The notes below the pieces were generated by a model, which was not told where the DNA came from, made no database searches, and was given only the letters and a program-made list of their open reading frames with translations. A stretch of 64,000 nucleotides of DNA from Podarcis gaigeae. Taxonomy: Eukaryota. Numbering within the stretch: position 1 is the first letter of the stretch; each line of letters opens with the position of its first letter. Where the stretch lies: assembly GCA_964106915.2 (NCBI GenBank), contig OZ066919.1. One strand, written 5' to 3'. A program made the translations under genes and the position numbers. Shown in pieces: positions 1 through 12,412 of the stretch.

Positions 1-466
1 TAGGAATTGCATTATAATTTAGCATTGTTACAATGAGGCCATTATTGGATCATTGTAATTGAAAAATTAATAAAAATTATTATCAAGTAAAATGCACTGT
101 GCAGATGCTAAGTATTTCTTAGGTTTGCTAGGTATAAATATGATGAAAACATGTTTTTCTTTCCCTACAACTTGCTGCATTTGAAATCACAATTAAAATT
201 TCCATGCCAAGAAGCAGTGTCCTTTTCCCTCTCCTCACCCCCACCCCTGGAAGTAGGGGCTTAGCTTTAGAGTTTCTGAGTTCATGGGCAAGGATAAGGA
301 GTGTTTTGTAAGATGTGCACGTGACTGTTTGAGGCGGGGAGGACAATGATATGTACTTTCCATGCTGTTCTGCAGCCCACTGCCCACTGGGATTTCTACA
401 GTGAGAGAGCATTTCCTAACTGCAGCTGTGGTATTCTAAAAACGGGAAAATAAACCACACCAAAAT

Positions 467-470
<4 letters not shown>

Positions 471-505
<35 letters not shown>
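471..505. repeat. (GA)n microsatellite
   Basis: Pure GA run. Confidence 0.95.
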
Positions 506-508
<3 letters not shown>

Positions 509-1476
509 TAAAATAACAGGACAGCCTGTGCTTTATCAAATATTCAGACGGTAGGCCAACAAGCAGATGTAGTGGATCTGCCGCTAAGAGTGTAAACTTG
601 GCCGTCCTTCAGTGGAACAGTCCCACCCATGGTTAGTGCACCTGCAGAGATTGAGGCTAGAACTCTTTTAGTGACCTTAATTGAGGATTTATATAGATAC
701 TTCTGCTTTTTCTTTTCTTCTGACCATATGGAAGGTTTTACTCTTTAACGGAAACTAAAACTAAGTTTGAACTGGACTTTGCAGACTTTTACTAGCAGAA
801 TGGGGTAAAGCCACGATAGCCAAAGTGATGCTGTTCATATGTTCTCAGACCCCAACTCATATTGGCCTCAGCAGCAAGGCCAATATGATCAGGGAAAATG
901 GGGGTGTAGCTCAACAGGAATTTGGGGGAGGTTGGGTACCACATTAGCCATCCCTGGTGTAAAGGGTCTCACTGGTGAATCAGCTGCTGGGGAGGAGAAG
1001 TGAAGAAGTTCGTGTCTGCTTGAATTCTGCTGTAGTTGAGCCAATTTGCTGCTGCTGCTGGTGTGTATGTTGTACTTGTGTTATTGTGCATGAATTAAAG
1101 TGGGTTAAAATACTTTAAATAACCAATAGAAGTGAACAAAGGTAGCTGTGCATATGGAGACTTTGTTTCAGTTGGGAGTCACAGAAAAGCCAGATTTTGA
1201 GGGTTCTGAATGAATAAAGAGTACCACAGACTTTTTTGTTTTAAGAAATATTTCGATCTGGCTTTCTGGACTTGACCCAGCTTGCTTACTATACTTGCAT
1301 GTAAAAGGTAAACTAAAACAAAACCATGTCATAATAACATTAAAATCAGAAGCCTATACTATCCAGTGAATGAGTCTACTCACATTATTATCTTATTACC
1401 CAAGCTCTGGGCTGAAGAGCCCGAATACTAACAGGGAGGACAACTAAATTTTCCTGGGAGACGTTAGGATGGCAAG

Positions 1477-1652
1477 CCAGTGTGGTGCAGTGGTTAGCGT
1501 ATCTGATTAGGATCTTGGAGACCAGGTTGGGCCACTTGCTATCTCTCAGCCTAACTTACCTCACAGGGTGATTGTCATGATAAAGTATGAAGGAAAGGGG
1601 AGAGCACTATGCAATGTCACCTTGAGCTCTTTGGAGGAAAGGTTAGATATCA
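1477..1652 (+). mobile_element. Degenerate tRNA/CORE-type SINE (MIR/Squam3-like)
   Basis: Box-A-like tgtggtgcagtggttag, CORE-like ctctcagcctaacttacctcacagggtgattgt, tail gagctctttggaggaaagg. A shorter related piece lies near 56360-56420. Confidence 0.6.
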
Positions 1653-4600
1653 GGGTATTGCTCATCCCACAAAGCCTTGGGCAGCCAGTGAGAGAGCCCT
1701 CCCGCTTCCAGGGTTCAACCTTCTGAAATGGAAAGGAGCTCACAGATCTATGTTCTGGGAAGGTGTTCTAGGCATAAAAGGTAGTAAGGGAAAATGGGCA
1801 GAACTGTTACAACAGACAACTTGGTAGGAGTGGCAGCAGAATGGTGGAGAGGACGTCATGGGCAGAGATACAAAGGCAACAGAGGGTGGATAGGTAGCCT
1901 TGAAATTTTAAATTGTGATTGAGTTTCTCAGCATTAACAATCAGGTAAATGTCAGGGTTTTTTTTTTTAAAAAAAACACTATTAAAAGTAACAGCTGCAA
2001 CATCTTCTGACCATGAATCCTGTAGGTTAATTACACATTGTATGTGGAAGTGTATACCTAATGAGTTTCTAGAGTGTTTGTTCAGCTCTTTAAACCTTTT
2101 AAGTTACTTGTTGGGAAATGGATGCGGATTTAGTAGTAAATTCCAAGTCAGAGCCACTCCCCCCTTCCTCTTCCAGAATTCCTTATTTCATGGAAAGGTG
2201 TCTGGGAAGAGGATTGGGTTGCATTCCCACTTGTTTGTTTAAAGAAGATGAGCTGCGTGAGAACTTTTGGAGGAAGTGCGCTTTTTAAACATGAAATAGT
2301 TAGAGAGGCTTTGGTCAGGGAATTATTTGTGGTTTTAAGATTGACACGTCTTGTTATCTGGTCTGGTGGATAGCATATGGACCAGAGAATGAATATAATG
2401 TTTTCCTTAAAGTTGGCATAAAGCTTTACAAAAGAACATCATCAGATTGTTTAACTGAAGTTTGAGTTAAATGGAAGCTTAGCTTAAGAATACTTCTTGA
2501 ACATTGGATTCACTTACGGTATTTCAATATGTATTCAAAGCAGGGAGTCAAATTTAATTGGGGAGAGTTTCAGTTCTGTTTCAGCTGTTAACTGAAGTCT
2601 GCCGGGGGCTGCAAACCCAGCAAAGGATAAATAATCAAAAATGAGATGAAACAGTAAAGTAGTAGAATCTGCTGAATATCATGAATATCACAGTGCTGGT
2701 TTACAAAATGGGGCATTTCAAAATGGTGGATGTTCTGTGACAAAACCTCCCAAACTGGTAGCAGCCACCACAGATGTGCTGTGTGTAGCTTTGCTCTCTG
2801 AACCTGCACACAAATGGGTATGATTTTTCACTTGGTGATTACATGTGCTCTGTTGCTGTGTGGTTTTGTTGAACATGTTCATGAACTGAAATAGTTTTGC
2901 CGAGAAACTAGAAGGGGCTGAGATGCATACTGTCCGGCTCTTGTACAGTTGAAATGGATATGCCCAGTCCGTCTTGTTGCAGCAGTGATTACAAAATGAA
3001 AATAGAACACTCCAGCCTCAGGTTGGCACCAAACCAATGTGTAGTAGTGACGATGGCATCCAGTCAACATTCTTCTTGCAAATTTGCTGCTCTCCCACCT
3101 AATTTTGTCACTTGGGATTGCTAGCAAGGCACCCCTTGAGGTTCTTCTGCAAGGAATGTCCATTTATTTCTATCATTGATGCAGAAGATCCCAATGCTTT
3201 TCAACAAAGTTGTGTTTCCTTTGGCAGGAAATACTACTTTTGTGTTTTGATGTTTAGAAAATGAGGCCATACATTGGGGCTGGGGAAGCAGAAGTTCCGT
3301 CAATGGCAGATGACATGCTATTTCTTAAAATTCTTAACTTGGCACAACCACTGCAATATAGAGAAGACAGAATGAAATGCATGGGAAACATGAAGAATGA
3401 GATTTTTTTCAGTATTGGGAAAGAAATAATGGAATTGGATTGAACCGTGAGATTGAAACCATTAGATGGTGTGTGTAGCTGATGAACTGTGATTTGCATT
3501 ATGAAGCACACAATTTTTTCCTGATACTAAGCAATAACTAATGTAAAATATTTTACTAACTAGTAATTTTTTTAAAAAAGTGAGTACTGTAATCTCATTT
3601 AACACCAGTAAATCAATTGCTTTCTCTACTGATGTGCCCATATCTCTTTGACACATATTTTTGAAAAGAAGAAAAAATGTATTAATACTTCTCTGAGCTC
3701 CTTCACCCAACCCTTCAGTATCATCTCCCCTGAACATAAAAGGGGGGATCCTTATCAGTTTTACCTCTCTCTGTCAGAAGGCAAGTACGGTAAGACTGAC
3801 AAGACCCCTATGTAAGTAAGAAAATGGTCCTTAGGGTTGACTCACTTAATACTATATGGATGAGGCCATACCTCAGTTGTAGAATCAAGCTCCCTCTTAA
3901 CATGCAAATAAATATTTTGCTCAAATCATGTTGCCTGGCCTTGTTCTTGCTTTTATATACCTCCAACTTTCTCCATTCTCCATTGTTCACAATGCAAGCT
4001 ATTTTTAAGAATCCTAAACCCAACACCCTTCCCTGCAGCTTCACAATTTTGAGAAAGTGATCTCCAGTCTTAGACTTGTCTTTTTGTCTCATACCTAGAT
4101 TGCTATCACTCCTGATGTTATCTTTGATGAATGAAGTAATTTTATCCATGATGAATAGTTATATTTTCTTGTGTTAAATTCTATGCACCACACCTTTTTA
4201 AAGAAACCAGCTTTCTGCAATAGCTTTGGAACTTCTTTTGCAGCAGAACATGATGTTTGGTTGGCAGATTTCAGACTGGAGTACTGGTAAAGCTGCTCTG
4301 TTGAATAAGTAGTAGGGGTGGTGATAGCACTACTAGTAGTAATAATGAGAGTAAGAATAACAATAACTGGTTAAAACTTAGGCACTGTCAGTACCATGCC
4401 TTTTTGTTCACTGCATTCAATATTGCAACCTCTTCCCATTATAGTAAGAACTATCCTATGAAAGGTTTGCAAAATAAAGGCTGCACCACTAGGGCTGTTC
4501 CTTTTTAAAGTGAAGAATATCTGGCATTCATTCAGAGCATTTTCCTGTTAATGCTGACCAGGGAATGAGTCATTGTCCACTTAATAATCTAACTGATGGA

Positions 4601-4789
4601 GCCATTGAACCAGCTCCAACTGACTCCTCTGTTCCTCAGTTTTCACCTGGCAGCAACTGCAAGAGCCAAAGAGATCATTGGAGGCAGCACCACGCCATTG
4701 ACTCTGCAGAGAGACCAGCTCCACTTGGCTCCTCTTCTCCAACTGTTTCCACCACAGCTGGTCCTTACAAGAACTTTCTTCCTATAACA

Positions 4790-6020
4790 ACTGGTATACC
4801 AACATTTAGAGTTCAAAAGAACTATCATTACCGTATTTTTCGCCCCATAGGACGCACTGCCCTATAGGACGCACCTAGTTTTTTTTTGGGGGGGGGAATA
4901 AAGAAAAAAAATTATTCCCCCCCCCAGGTGCGGGGCTGGGGCGGGGGAAGCCCAAGCTTCCGCCGACCCCAGCCCCCAGAACAGGCAGCTCTGGCAGCTT
5001 GCACGGCTGGGGGAGGGGGAAGTCCGAGCTTCCCCCTCCCCCAGCCCCCAGAACGGAGCCCGGGAGGGCAGGCAGCTCTGCGTAACCCTCCGGAGGCCGG
5101 GCTCCGGAGGGTTGTGCAGAGCTTCCTGAAGCCTGGAGAGCGAGAGCCTCTCGCTCTCCAGGCTTCAGCAACCGCCTGTATTCGGCCCATAGGACGCACA
5201 CACATTTCCCCTTCATTTTTGGAGGGGGAAAAGTGCGTCCCATAGGGCAAAAAATACGGTAATCCGATTAGGTTTCAATAACAGTGGCCAAGTTGGTGAC
5301 TATAATTTTGGTTTTTGGAGTGGGTTAGGGATGCGAGGCCAGATAGGGGGATGTTGCTAACTGACTGCTTCTTGGGGTTGTTAGCTGTTCAGAATGGAGA
5401 TATGGGTTATATAACTTGGTAAATGAAATCTGGTTCTTGAATTCAGAACCACTGTTAATAGGTATTTGGTCAGTTTTAGTTGAATTCTGGCCAACATGGG
5501 AAATGGAAGATCAGGTAGCCAAGAATGATTTGAGACACAAGCAACACAGCATTAATGGAAGTAAAATGCTCAATGGAAGTAAAGTGTTGGGTTAAGCAGA
5601 AGATTATGGGTGAATGGCAAAAATATTGGGAAACAAGTCTCATGAGGAGGAGGAAGGTATTTTTATTTTTATTTTTTTGACCAGCTTTGAGAGACTTTTA
5701 GATCTTTAATCACCAGATGAAACAAGTTGCTTTACTTAGTATTTTGGCAGGGCACTGTGCTCTTTAGAGTAATTTATTTAATGTTGGACAGATTGATGCT
5801 GGGTTTTGTGTAGTTTGTGAACTGGAAGAAACAGCTAATCATGTAGTATAGGACTGTTTGAGAGGGAGCCTCCTCCACAAGCTGAACAACTTGAGCATTG
5901 TAACTTAACCTTGGGGGGCTGTTAAAGGACAAAAATATTTGGGATCAAATGCTGATGACTTTGTGGACGTTCTTATGAGATACTACACTTTATGAACAAT
6001 CGGAATATAGGAATATACAT
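4790..6020 (+). mobile_element. Fossil Nimb/I-group non-LTR retrotransposon 3' part (RNase H + CCHC), interrupted by the MITE at 4831-5259
   Basis: Manual translation through frameshifts and stops: SD*VSITVAKLVTIILV/LEWVRDARPDRGMLLTDC; EDQVAK; EVKCWVKQKIMGEWQKYWE; LAGHCAL*SNLFNVGQIDAGFCVVCELEETANHVV*DC. Boundaries approximate. Confidence 0.7.
4831..5259. mobile_element. Non-autonomous Tc1/mariner (Tc2/Kanga-like) MITE
   Basis: About 27-bp TIRs CCGTATTTTTCGCCCCATAGGACGCAC / GTGCGTCCCATAGGGCAAAAAATACGG, TA on both sides, GC-rich internal repeats. Confidence 0.9.
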
Positions 6021-6373
6021 GGTGATAATATGGCCTCCCTGTTGCCTTCACACCCTTAAAACCCAAGAAGAGGAGGAAGTACTTTCTAAGTTTGCTCTTG
6101 TTTCCTCCTCCTGCCGCATCCGCTTTTGTCTTATAGATTGTAAGCATGAAGGCAAGGGTTGTCTTGGTTTACATTGATCTTTAAGGGCACTGGGGGAGCC
6201 TTCCCCACTTAAAAGCAGGGTAAAATGATTCAAACCTGTAACTAATCCACAGCTAATCTTGTGACCAAGAAAAGTGTGAAAGAAACCCACTGTAACCTTG
6301 CAAGCTGTTACTGGAAGCATGAATGCGCTCAGGCTGTATTTCCTAGTAATACTTACCAGGTGCCTCCACCTTA

Positions 6374-6725
6374 AAAAGCTAAAGGGACCCCTGACCATTA
6401 GGTCCAGTCGTGGCCGAGTCTGGGGTTGCAGCGCTCATATCACTTTATTGGCCGAGGCAGCCGGCATACAGCTTCTGGGTCATGTGGCCAGCATGACTAA
6501 GCTGCTTCTGGTGAACCAGAGCAGCACACAGAAACACCGTTTACCTTCCCGCCGGAGCGGTACCTATTTATTTACTTGCATTTCGGCGTGCTTTCGAAAT
6601 GCTAGGTTGGCAGGAGCAGGGACCGAGCAACAGGAGCTCACCCCGTTGCGGGGATTCGAACCGCTGACATTCCGATCAGCAAGTCCTAGGCTCTGTGGTT
6701 TAACCCACAGCACCACCTGCGTCCC
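6374..6725 (-). mobile_element. Sauria SINE (Squam1/POM-type), full length
   Basis: Reverse complement starts GGGACGCAGGTGG, has a box-B-like GGTTCGAATCCC and the BovB-type 3' end. 12-bp TSD GCCTCCACCTTA at 6362-6373 and 6726-6737. Confidence 0.92.
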
Positions 6726-7591
6726 GCCTCCACCTTAGTGCAACACAAATTATCACATTGCAGCAACATACAGTATAAGGCACAGAGTGTAAAGCAGGAA
6801 TAGCAAACTAGTGGCCTGTAGACTGGATCTGGACTCTAAAGGAGTCTCACCCACCCTGTTGGGTCTACCAAATGTGAATCAGATTGTCATTAGGTTCACT
6901 TTCAAAGAAAACAAATGTTTATACATTGTAAGATTTTGAGAGATTTCATGCTTTTAGATCACAGTCTCTTGGATCAATTTTTTATATAGTGTTCCTTATG
7001 CCTGAGTGCATGTGCTCTATAACAGCAAAGCCCTTACTGCTCAGTGGAGACTGGTAACTTATGAAGGACTCGTTTTGTGGTTAATTACTTTGACAGACCC
7101 ATTGACCATTGCCTGTACTACGTATAGAATGGCCTCTGTGGTTACAGAAGTTGATCTGGTGTAAGACATATCGTACTATTCAGTGCCTTTGCTTCCTTCG
7201 CCTCTTTTTAGGAAACACTTGCAAAGAAAGACTAGTGGGGGAAGCTGAAGCATTGGAAACCTCCTGAACTTAATCCGGATGTCAGGGTTTCTTTAGCTTG
7301 CTGATAAGGCCCTGTTAGCATTTGTGGGGTTGAAGGGAGAAGGAAGCAAGGCTACAGGGGGTCCTGTACTTCAGCCAAGTCAGTGGAAATACTTTATAAT
7401 AAAAGTCTAACTAAAGCTAATGAATTGGGTTTTATATCATGCGTGGCTTTCCATTAAGTGCTTCTGCAGCTGCTTTTATAGCCTGAACTTAAATATCTGT
7501 CAGTTTGATATTCTTAAGCTGTAGAAAATACTTACTATGGCATGGAGGAATAAACATGGAGAGAAGATAAAGGCCAGTCAGCCCGGTCCCA

Positions 7592-7777
7592 TGTTGTGGG
7601 AGCAACGTCATTGAGTACCTGCTCCTGCCCGGACCCAGACCTGACCCTCCAGTGTTCCTGTCCCCGCCCGGCTTCCTGCTTCGGACCTCGCCCCGCTCCT
7701 TGTGGACTGTCTCCAGGCTAGTGACCCAGGACCGGACTTTGACTACGCCAACGGCAACCTTCCCCCCGGGACCAGCA
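7592..7777. mobile_element. Possible LTR-like fragment
   Basis: GC/CpG-rich island bounded by TG...CA (tgttgtgg...ggaccagca) next to the L2 tail. Family not identified. Confidence 0.3.
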
Positions 7778-8660
7778 TAATTAATAATAATAATAATAAT
7801 AATTAATAATAATAATAATAATAAATAAATTATTATTTATACCCCGCCCATCTGGTTGGGTCCCCCCAGCTACTCTGGGCGGCTTCCAACAAAACACTAA
7901 AATACAATAACCTATTAAACATTAAAAGCTTCCCTAAAAAAGCCTTTAGATGTCTTCTAAAAGTTTGGTAGTTATTTTTCTCTTTGACATCTGGTGGGAG
8001 TGCGTTCCACAGGGCGTTCCAAGAAGGCCCTCTGCCTGGTTCCCTGTAACTTGGCTTCTCGCAGTGAAGGAACCACCAGAAGGCCCTCGGTGCTGGACCT
8101 CAGTGTCCAGGCAGAACGATGGAGGTGGAGACGCTCCTTCAGGTCTACTGGACCGAGGCCATTTAGGGCTTTAAAGGTCAGCACCAACACTTTGAATTGT
8201 GCTCGGAAACGTACTTGGAGCCAGTGTAGGTCTTTCAGGACTGGTGTTATATGGTCTCGGCGGCCGCTCCCAGTCACCAGTCTAGCTGCCGCATTCTGGA
8301 TTAATTGTAGTTTCCGGGTCACCTTCAAAGGTAGCCCCACGTAGAGCGCATTGCAGTAGTCCAAGCGGGAGATAACTAGAGCATGCACCACTCTGGCGAG
8401 TCAGTCCGCGGGCAGGTAGGGTCTTAGCCTGCGTACCAGATGGAGCTGATAAACAGCTGCCCTGGACACAGAACTGACCTGCGCCTCCATGGGCAGCTGT
8501 GAGTCCAGAATGACTCCTAGGCTGTGCACCTGGTCCTTCAGGGGCACAGTTACCCCATTCAGGACCAGGGAGTCTTCCACACCCGCCCGCCTCCTGTCCC
8601 CCCAAAACAGTACTTCTGTCTTGTCAGGATTCAACCTCAATCTGTTAGCCGCCATCCATC
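7778..8660 (-). mobile_element. L2 (LINE2) 3' fragment with (TAA)n tail
   Basis: Minus-strand peptides WMAANRLRLNPDKTEVL and VHALVISRLDYCNALYVGLP...HITPVLKDLHWL; TAA-repeat tail at 7778-7835. Confidence 0.92.
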
Positions 8661-10605
8661 CATCTCTTCCGCGAAGAAAGTGCTGAACAGGGTGTTGCCT
8701 TGTATGCTGGGAAGACTTTTTTTGTGTCCTCCACCTTGGGTTTAGAGGACAAAGACCCATTTCTTACATTGCCAAGCTTGCTCTTCCCTCCCCACCTCCG
8801 AAGTTTCAATCTCATCACCTTGGTACCAAATAGAGTTCTGACCCACATGGGTCTGAGCTGAGTTTCGAGGCCAGCAGATGGCTGGGAGGATGGCATGATT
8901 TAACCTGACCCCACATGATTCAAGAGTTTCATGTGTTACCAAACAAACCAGGTAGTTGTAGCGCCTCGGATGTCAGCCATTGTCGGATGTCATTGTCTTT
9001 GTTGGATGTCAGTCATTGTCTTTGACGAGAGTTTGCACCTCTTCCTGTAAATCCATATCTAAACCACTCTTTTCCCTTGAAGTCCATTCTTAGACCTCGT
9101 CTTCAACCTGATGCCCTTAAATGTGATTATCCTTAAGTCTTCCTCTCTTTGCCTGTTGTCGGAATTTGGGTTATAAAGATAACAAGGGGTCATCTCTCTC
9201 TGCTTATGTTACTTTGTAAGGAGTCATGTTCAGTTGTGGTACTCTACAAAGAATACACCAGAATATAATTGCAACATTAGTCTTTCCCTAAACTTTTGAC
9301 TATGTCTTGTAAAATCAGTTTTGGCGTGCTTGTGGCAGCAGTAGCTGTGGTTATCTCTAGAGATACGTCATGGTTTCTCAGCACTGGCACTCCTTTGTTA
9401 ATAAATCATGATAACTTTGGTTTCCAAATGTCATATGACTTCATTGCACAAATGAGCACACTCTGAGAATGTAATCCTTGCTAAGGCCTTCTTTTCTGTG
9501 TGGATATACAAAATTGAAAGTAGGTGAAATTTGAGGACTTCTGTAGACAGAGGGCCATGCTGCAAAATGCTCTGAACATCACATTGTCACTCCTTTCCCC
9601 CTACCCATGCCAACGCTAGCCAAAGCATAAGGTACGTTCTCTCTTTGCCATGGTGAACTGAGTGGCAGTCTACACATTTCACCCAAGAGATGCTGGAAGT
9701 AGCTACTCTAATGTGCGTCCTTTAAAAAGAAAGTATTTTAGAATGAACGTTCTTGGAGTGGTGTGTGGGCCTCTGTTTGTCCCTTGGCCCATATTGCAAG
9801 AGAGGAGTGGCAGGAGCAGGGTTTGTAAATGCTTCACTGAGAGAAGTTGCAGTCATAGCTGACTTGAAGCAAGCTTTTGTTAGGATGCGCCTGAAGAAGC
9901 AGTCGATATGCCCAGATGACTATCAACTATTAACCAGTCACAAACATGAGCAAAGGTGCTCAGGCAGGTGGTGATGCCTTGACTTCAAACACTGATGGAG
10001 GTTGTGGATTATCAGAGAATATTTCAATTTGGTTTATGGTCCATGATTTTATGTAGTTGCAGATAATAGTTGAGATGGGAGATGGTGTGATACTGTTAGT
10101 TCTACTGGCCTGCTCAGTAGCTTTCAATACCATCAACCATGGAAGGAAGATGAATATTTAATTGCTGAATTCGTTTTGGGGGGTTGGGTGGCTGTTTTTA
10201 TATTCCCGATGGTTTTATGATTTTCTGTAAACTGCTGCATTGAGCACTAAAATTAGATTTTGATAAAGGCATGTGAATGCTGTAAATTCCAGGTGAAGTT
10301 ATTGAATGTCCAAAAATAGGTGCCCATTTGCCTACTTTCCAGATGTGTACCAATGAATGTTAACTAATCTGTTTAGATGACTGGCAACAGTTATCTGTGT
10401 TTCTGGGTCCCTCATACTGTTCATCTGACGTTATCAACATTCATGTGTGAATGTTACTTTTTGTCAAAGTGTGGATATTCATTGAAACACAGCGCTGCTT
10501 TCTCTTTATCCAAATGTACAAGAGGCCACGACTTTGTAACACTACTGCCATACATTGTGGTGCCGATCACTGTGCAATTTCAGCATCATCCACTTTGCAG
10601 TACAT

Positions 10606-10741
10606 CAAGCATAGGCAAACTCGGCCCTCCAGATGTTTTGGGACTACAACTCTCATGATCCCTAGCTAAGAGGACCAGTGGTCAGGGATTATGGGAATTG
10701 TAGTCCCAAAACATCTGGAGGGCCGAGTTTGCCTTTGCCTG
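10606..10741. mobile_element. Palindromic hAT MITE (136 bp)
   Basis: Near-perfect foldback (CAAGCATAGGCAAACTCGGCCC...GGGCCGAGTTTGCCTTTGCCTG); 8-bp TSD CAGTACAT. Confidence 0.92.
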
Positions 10742-12136
10742 CAGTACATGCAGCAAAACAGATTGCTAACTCCCAAGTCCCATTCTGTGGTCATGAATCC
10801 ACTTGAGAGGAATTGTAGTGCCATTGGTTTTTCCAGTGTGCCAATTCAAGGGGATGGCTGGCATGCTCTTCCAACTTCCATTGGCTGGTGCGCAGTCCAG
10901 AAGGGATGATAAGTGTGTACAGACCAACCCTCCTCTCCTGCCCACTACTAAGGGTATGGCAGCCCCTAGCAATCCATGCAGCCCTCCTCCTTTGCTCAGG
11001 TGCCTAATTCTCACCATCCACTTCCCCTTCTTCCATACAATTAGAGTGCAAGTTTCATTGGTCTGCAAAAATGAGATGGAAATGAAGGCATTGGCATTGT
11101 GTTAATGTAACTCATTATTAGCTTTGAAAATGGAATTCCCCATGTATGACACCTGCCGGGTCTTGTGCTTCATCCTGTTTAGTGATAGCAGCTTGTTTGC
11201 TTTAGATACTTTGTGGTGAGATCAGCGACTCAAGAGAAGTCTTTCATGCATTTTGAAATTTTACAAAACCCTGGAAACGGATATTTTATTTTAAAGGAAA
11301 AGTGTTTTATTTTTACCAAACTATTGGGGTTTGCAAGATGATTGTGAAACTAATTGTTAGTGAGTAGCCCATAGTGTAGCCCATAGGTTTCTAGGGAGCC
11401 ACCCAAACCGGTTTAGTTGGTTTCCTCGTCAAAGACAGAAATATACCCTGCAATGGCTATGGACTTTCCCCAGGTATCAGAACAGGGTTATTTCAGTGCA
11501 CTGCTTCTTGGCTGCCATCCCAACAATCGTGTCAGCTCCTGGGGTGTGTAAAATGCAGGGTGGAGATGCTGTTTTCAGGCAGGCAGGCCTTCTGGAAGAC
11601 CAGGCTGAAGGTTTCTCTCTGACTGTGCAACCTCATGCATATCTACTAAGAAACTGCATTGAATCCAATGGGGCTTACACCCAGGTGAGTGTTGGTTTGC
11701 AGCCTGAGAGGGAAGGTGACTGTGGGAAGGCTACCTATCTCTCCAGCTCTAATTCAGTTTTTGGGCCCTGGGGTGTGTTTTAGCCTCTGGCATTGGTGAC
11801 CTCATCCCTTGCAACCACACTCTGTTTAACTTTGGGTGTGAGCAGTCATGCTACATATGTGGCTGCTAGCCTCAAACACCACAGTGCCTCTTGCAACGGA
11901 ATCTCTCTGCACGCACAGTGAACTTGCACAATCACTTGCTTCATCTTTCTGGGAAAAGGTTAATGTATTTAAAAATATCAGCAGTATGGTTGCAGTAAAA
12001 TGGGACCTCGTATCCTTGAATACTACAAATGCCATCAAAATGGGAAAGCCTGCCAAAGGAAGAGAATTGCAACATTTTGTTTCTAGGCAGCCAGTGGGAT
12101 TTATTTCTGAGCACATTCTGCTGTTCAAGCTGTATA

Positions 12137-12361
12137 CAGTGGTACCTCGGGTTAAGTACTTAATTCGTTCCGAAGGTCCGATCTTAACCTGAAACTGTTC
12201 ATAACCTGAAGCACCACTTTAGCTAATGGTCCTCCCGCTGCTGCCGCACCACCGAAACATGATTTCTGTTCTCATCCTGAAGCAACGTTCTTAACCCGAG
12301 GTACTATTTCTGGGTTAGTGGAGTCTGTAACCTGAAGCGTATGTAACCCAAGGTACCACTG
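12137..12361. mobile_element. Tigger/pogo-like MITE
   Basis: TIRs CAGTGGTACCTCGGGTTA / TAACCCAAGGTACCACTG with TA TSD. Confidence 0.9.
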
Positions 12362-12412
12362 TATATGGCAGAATACCCATGCTACCTACACTCTGCCTTG
12401 CAAGATCTAGGA

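Noticed and set aside
8660-9160. Possible retroelement remnant with short ggatgtca..cattgtc tandem copies (8968-9023)
   Set aside because: I could not recover a convincing protein motif or terminus.
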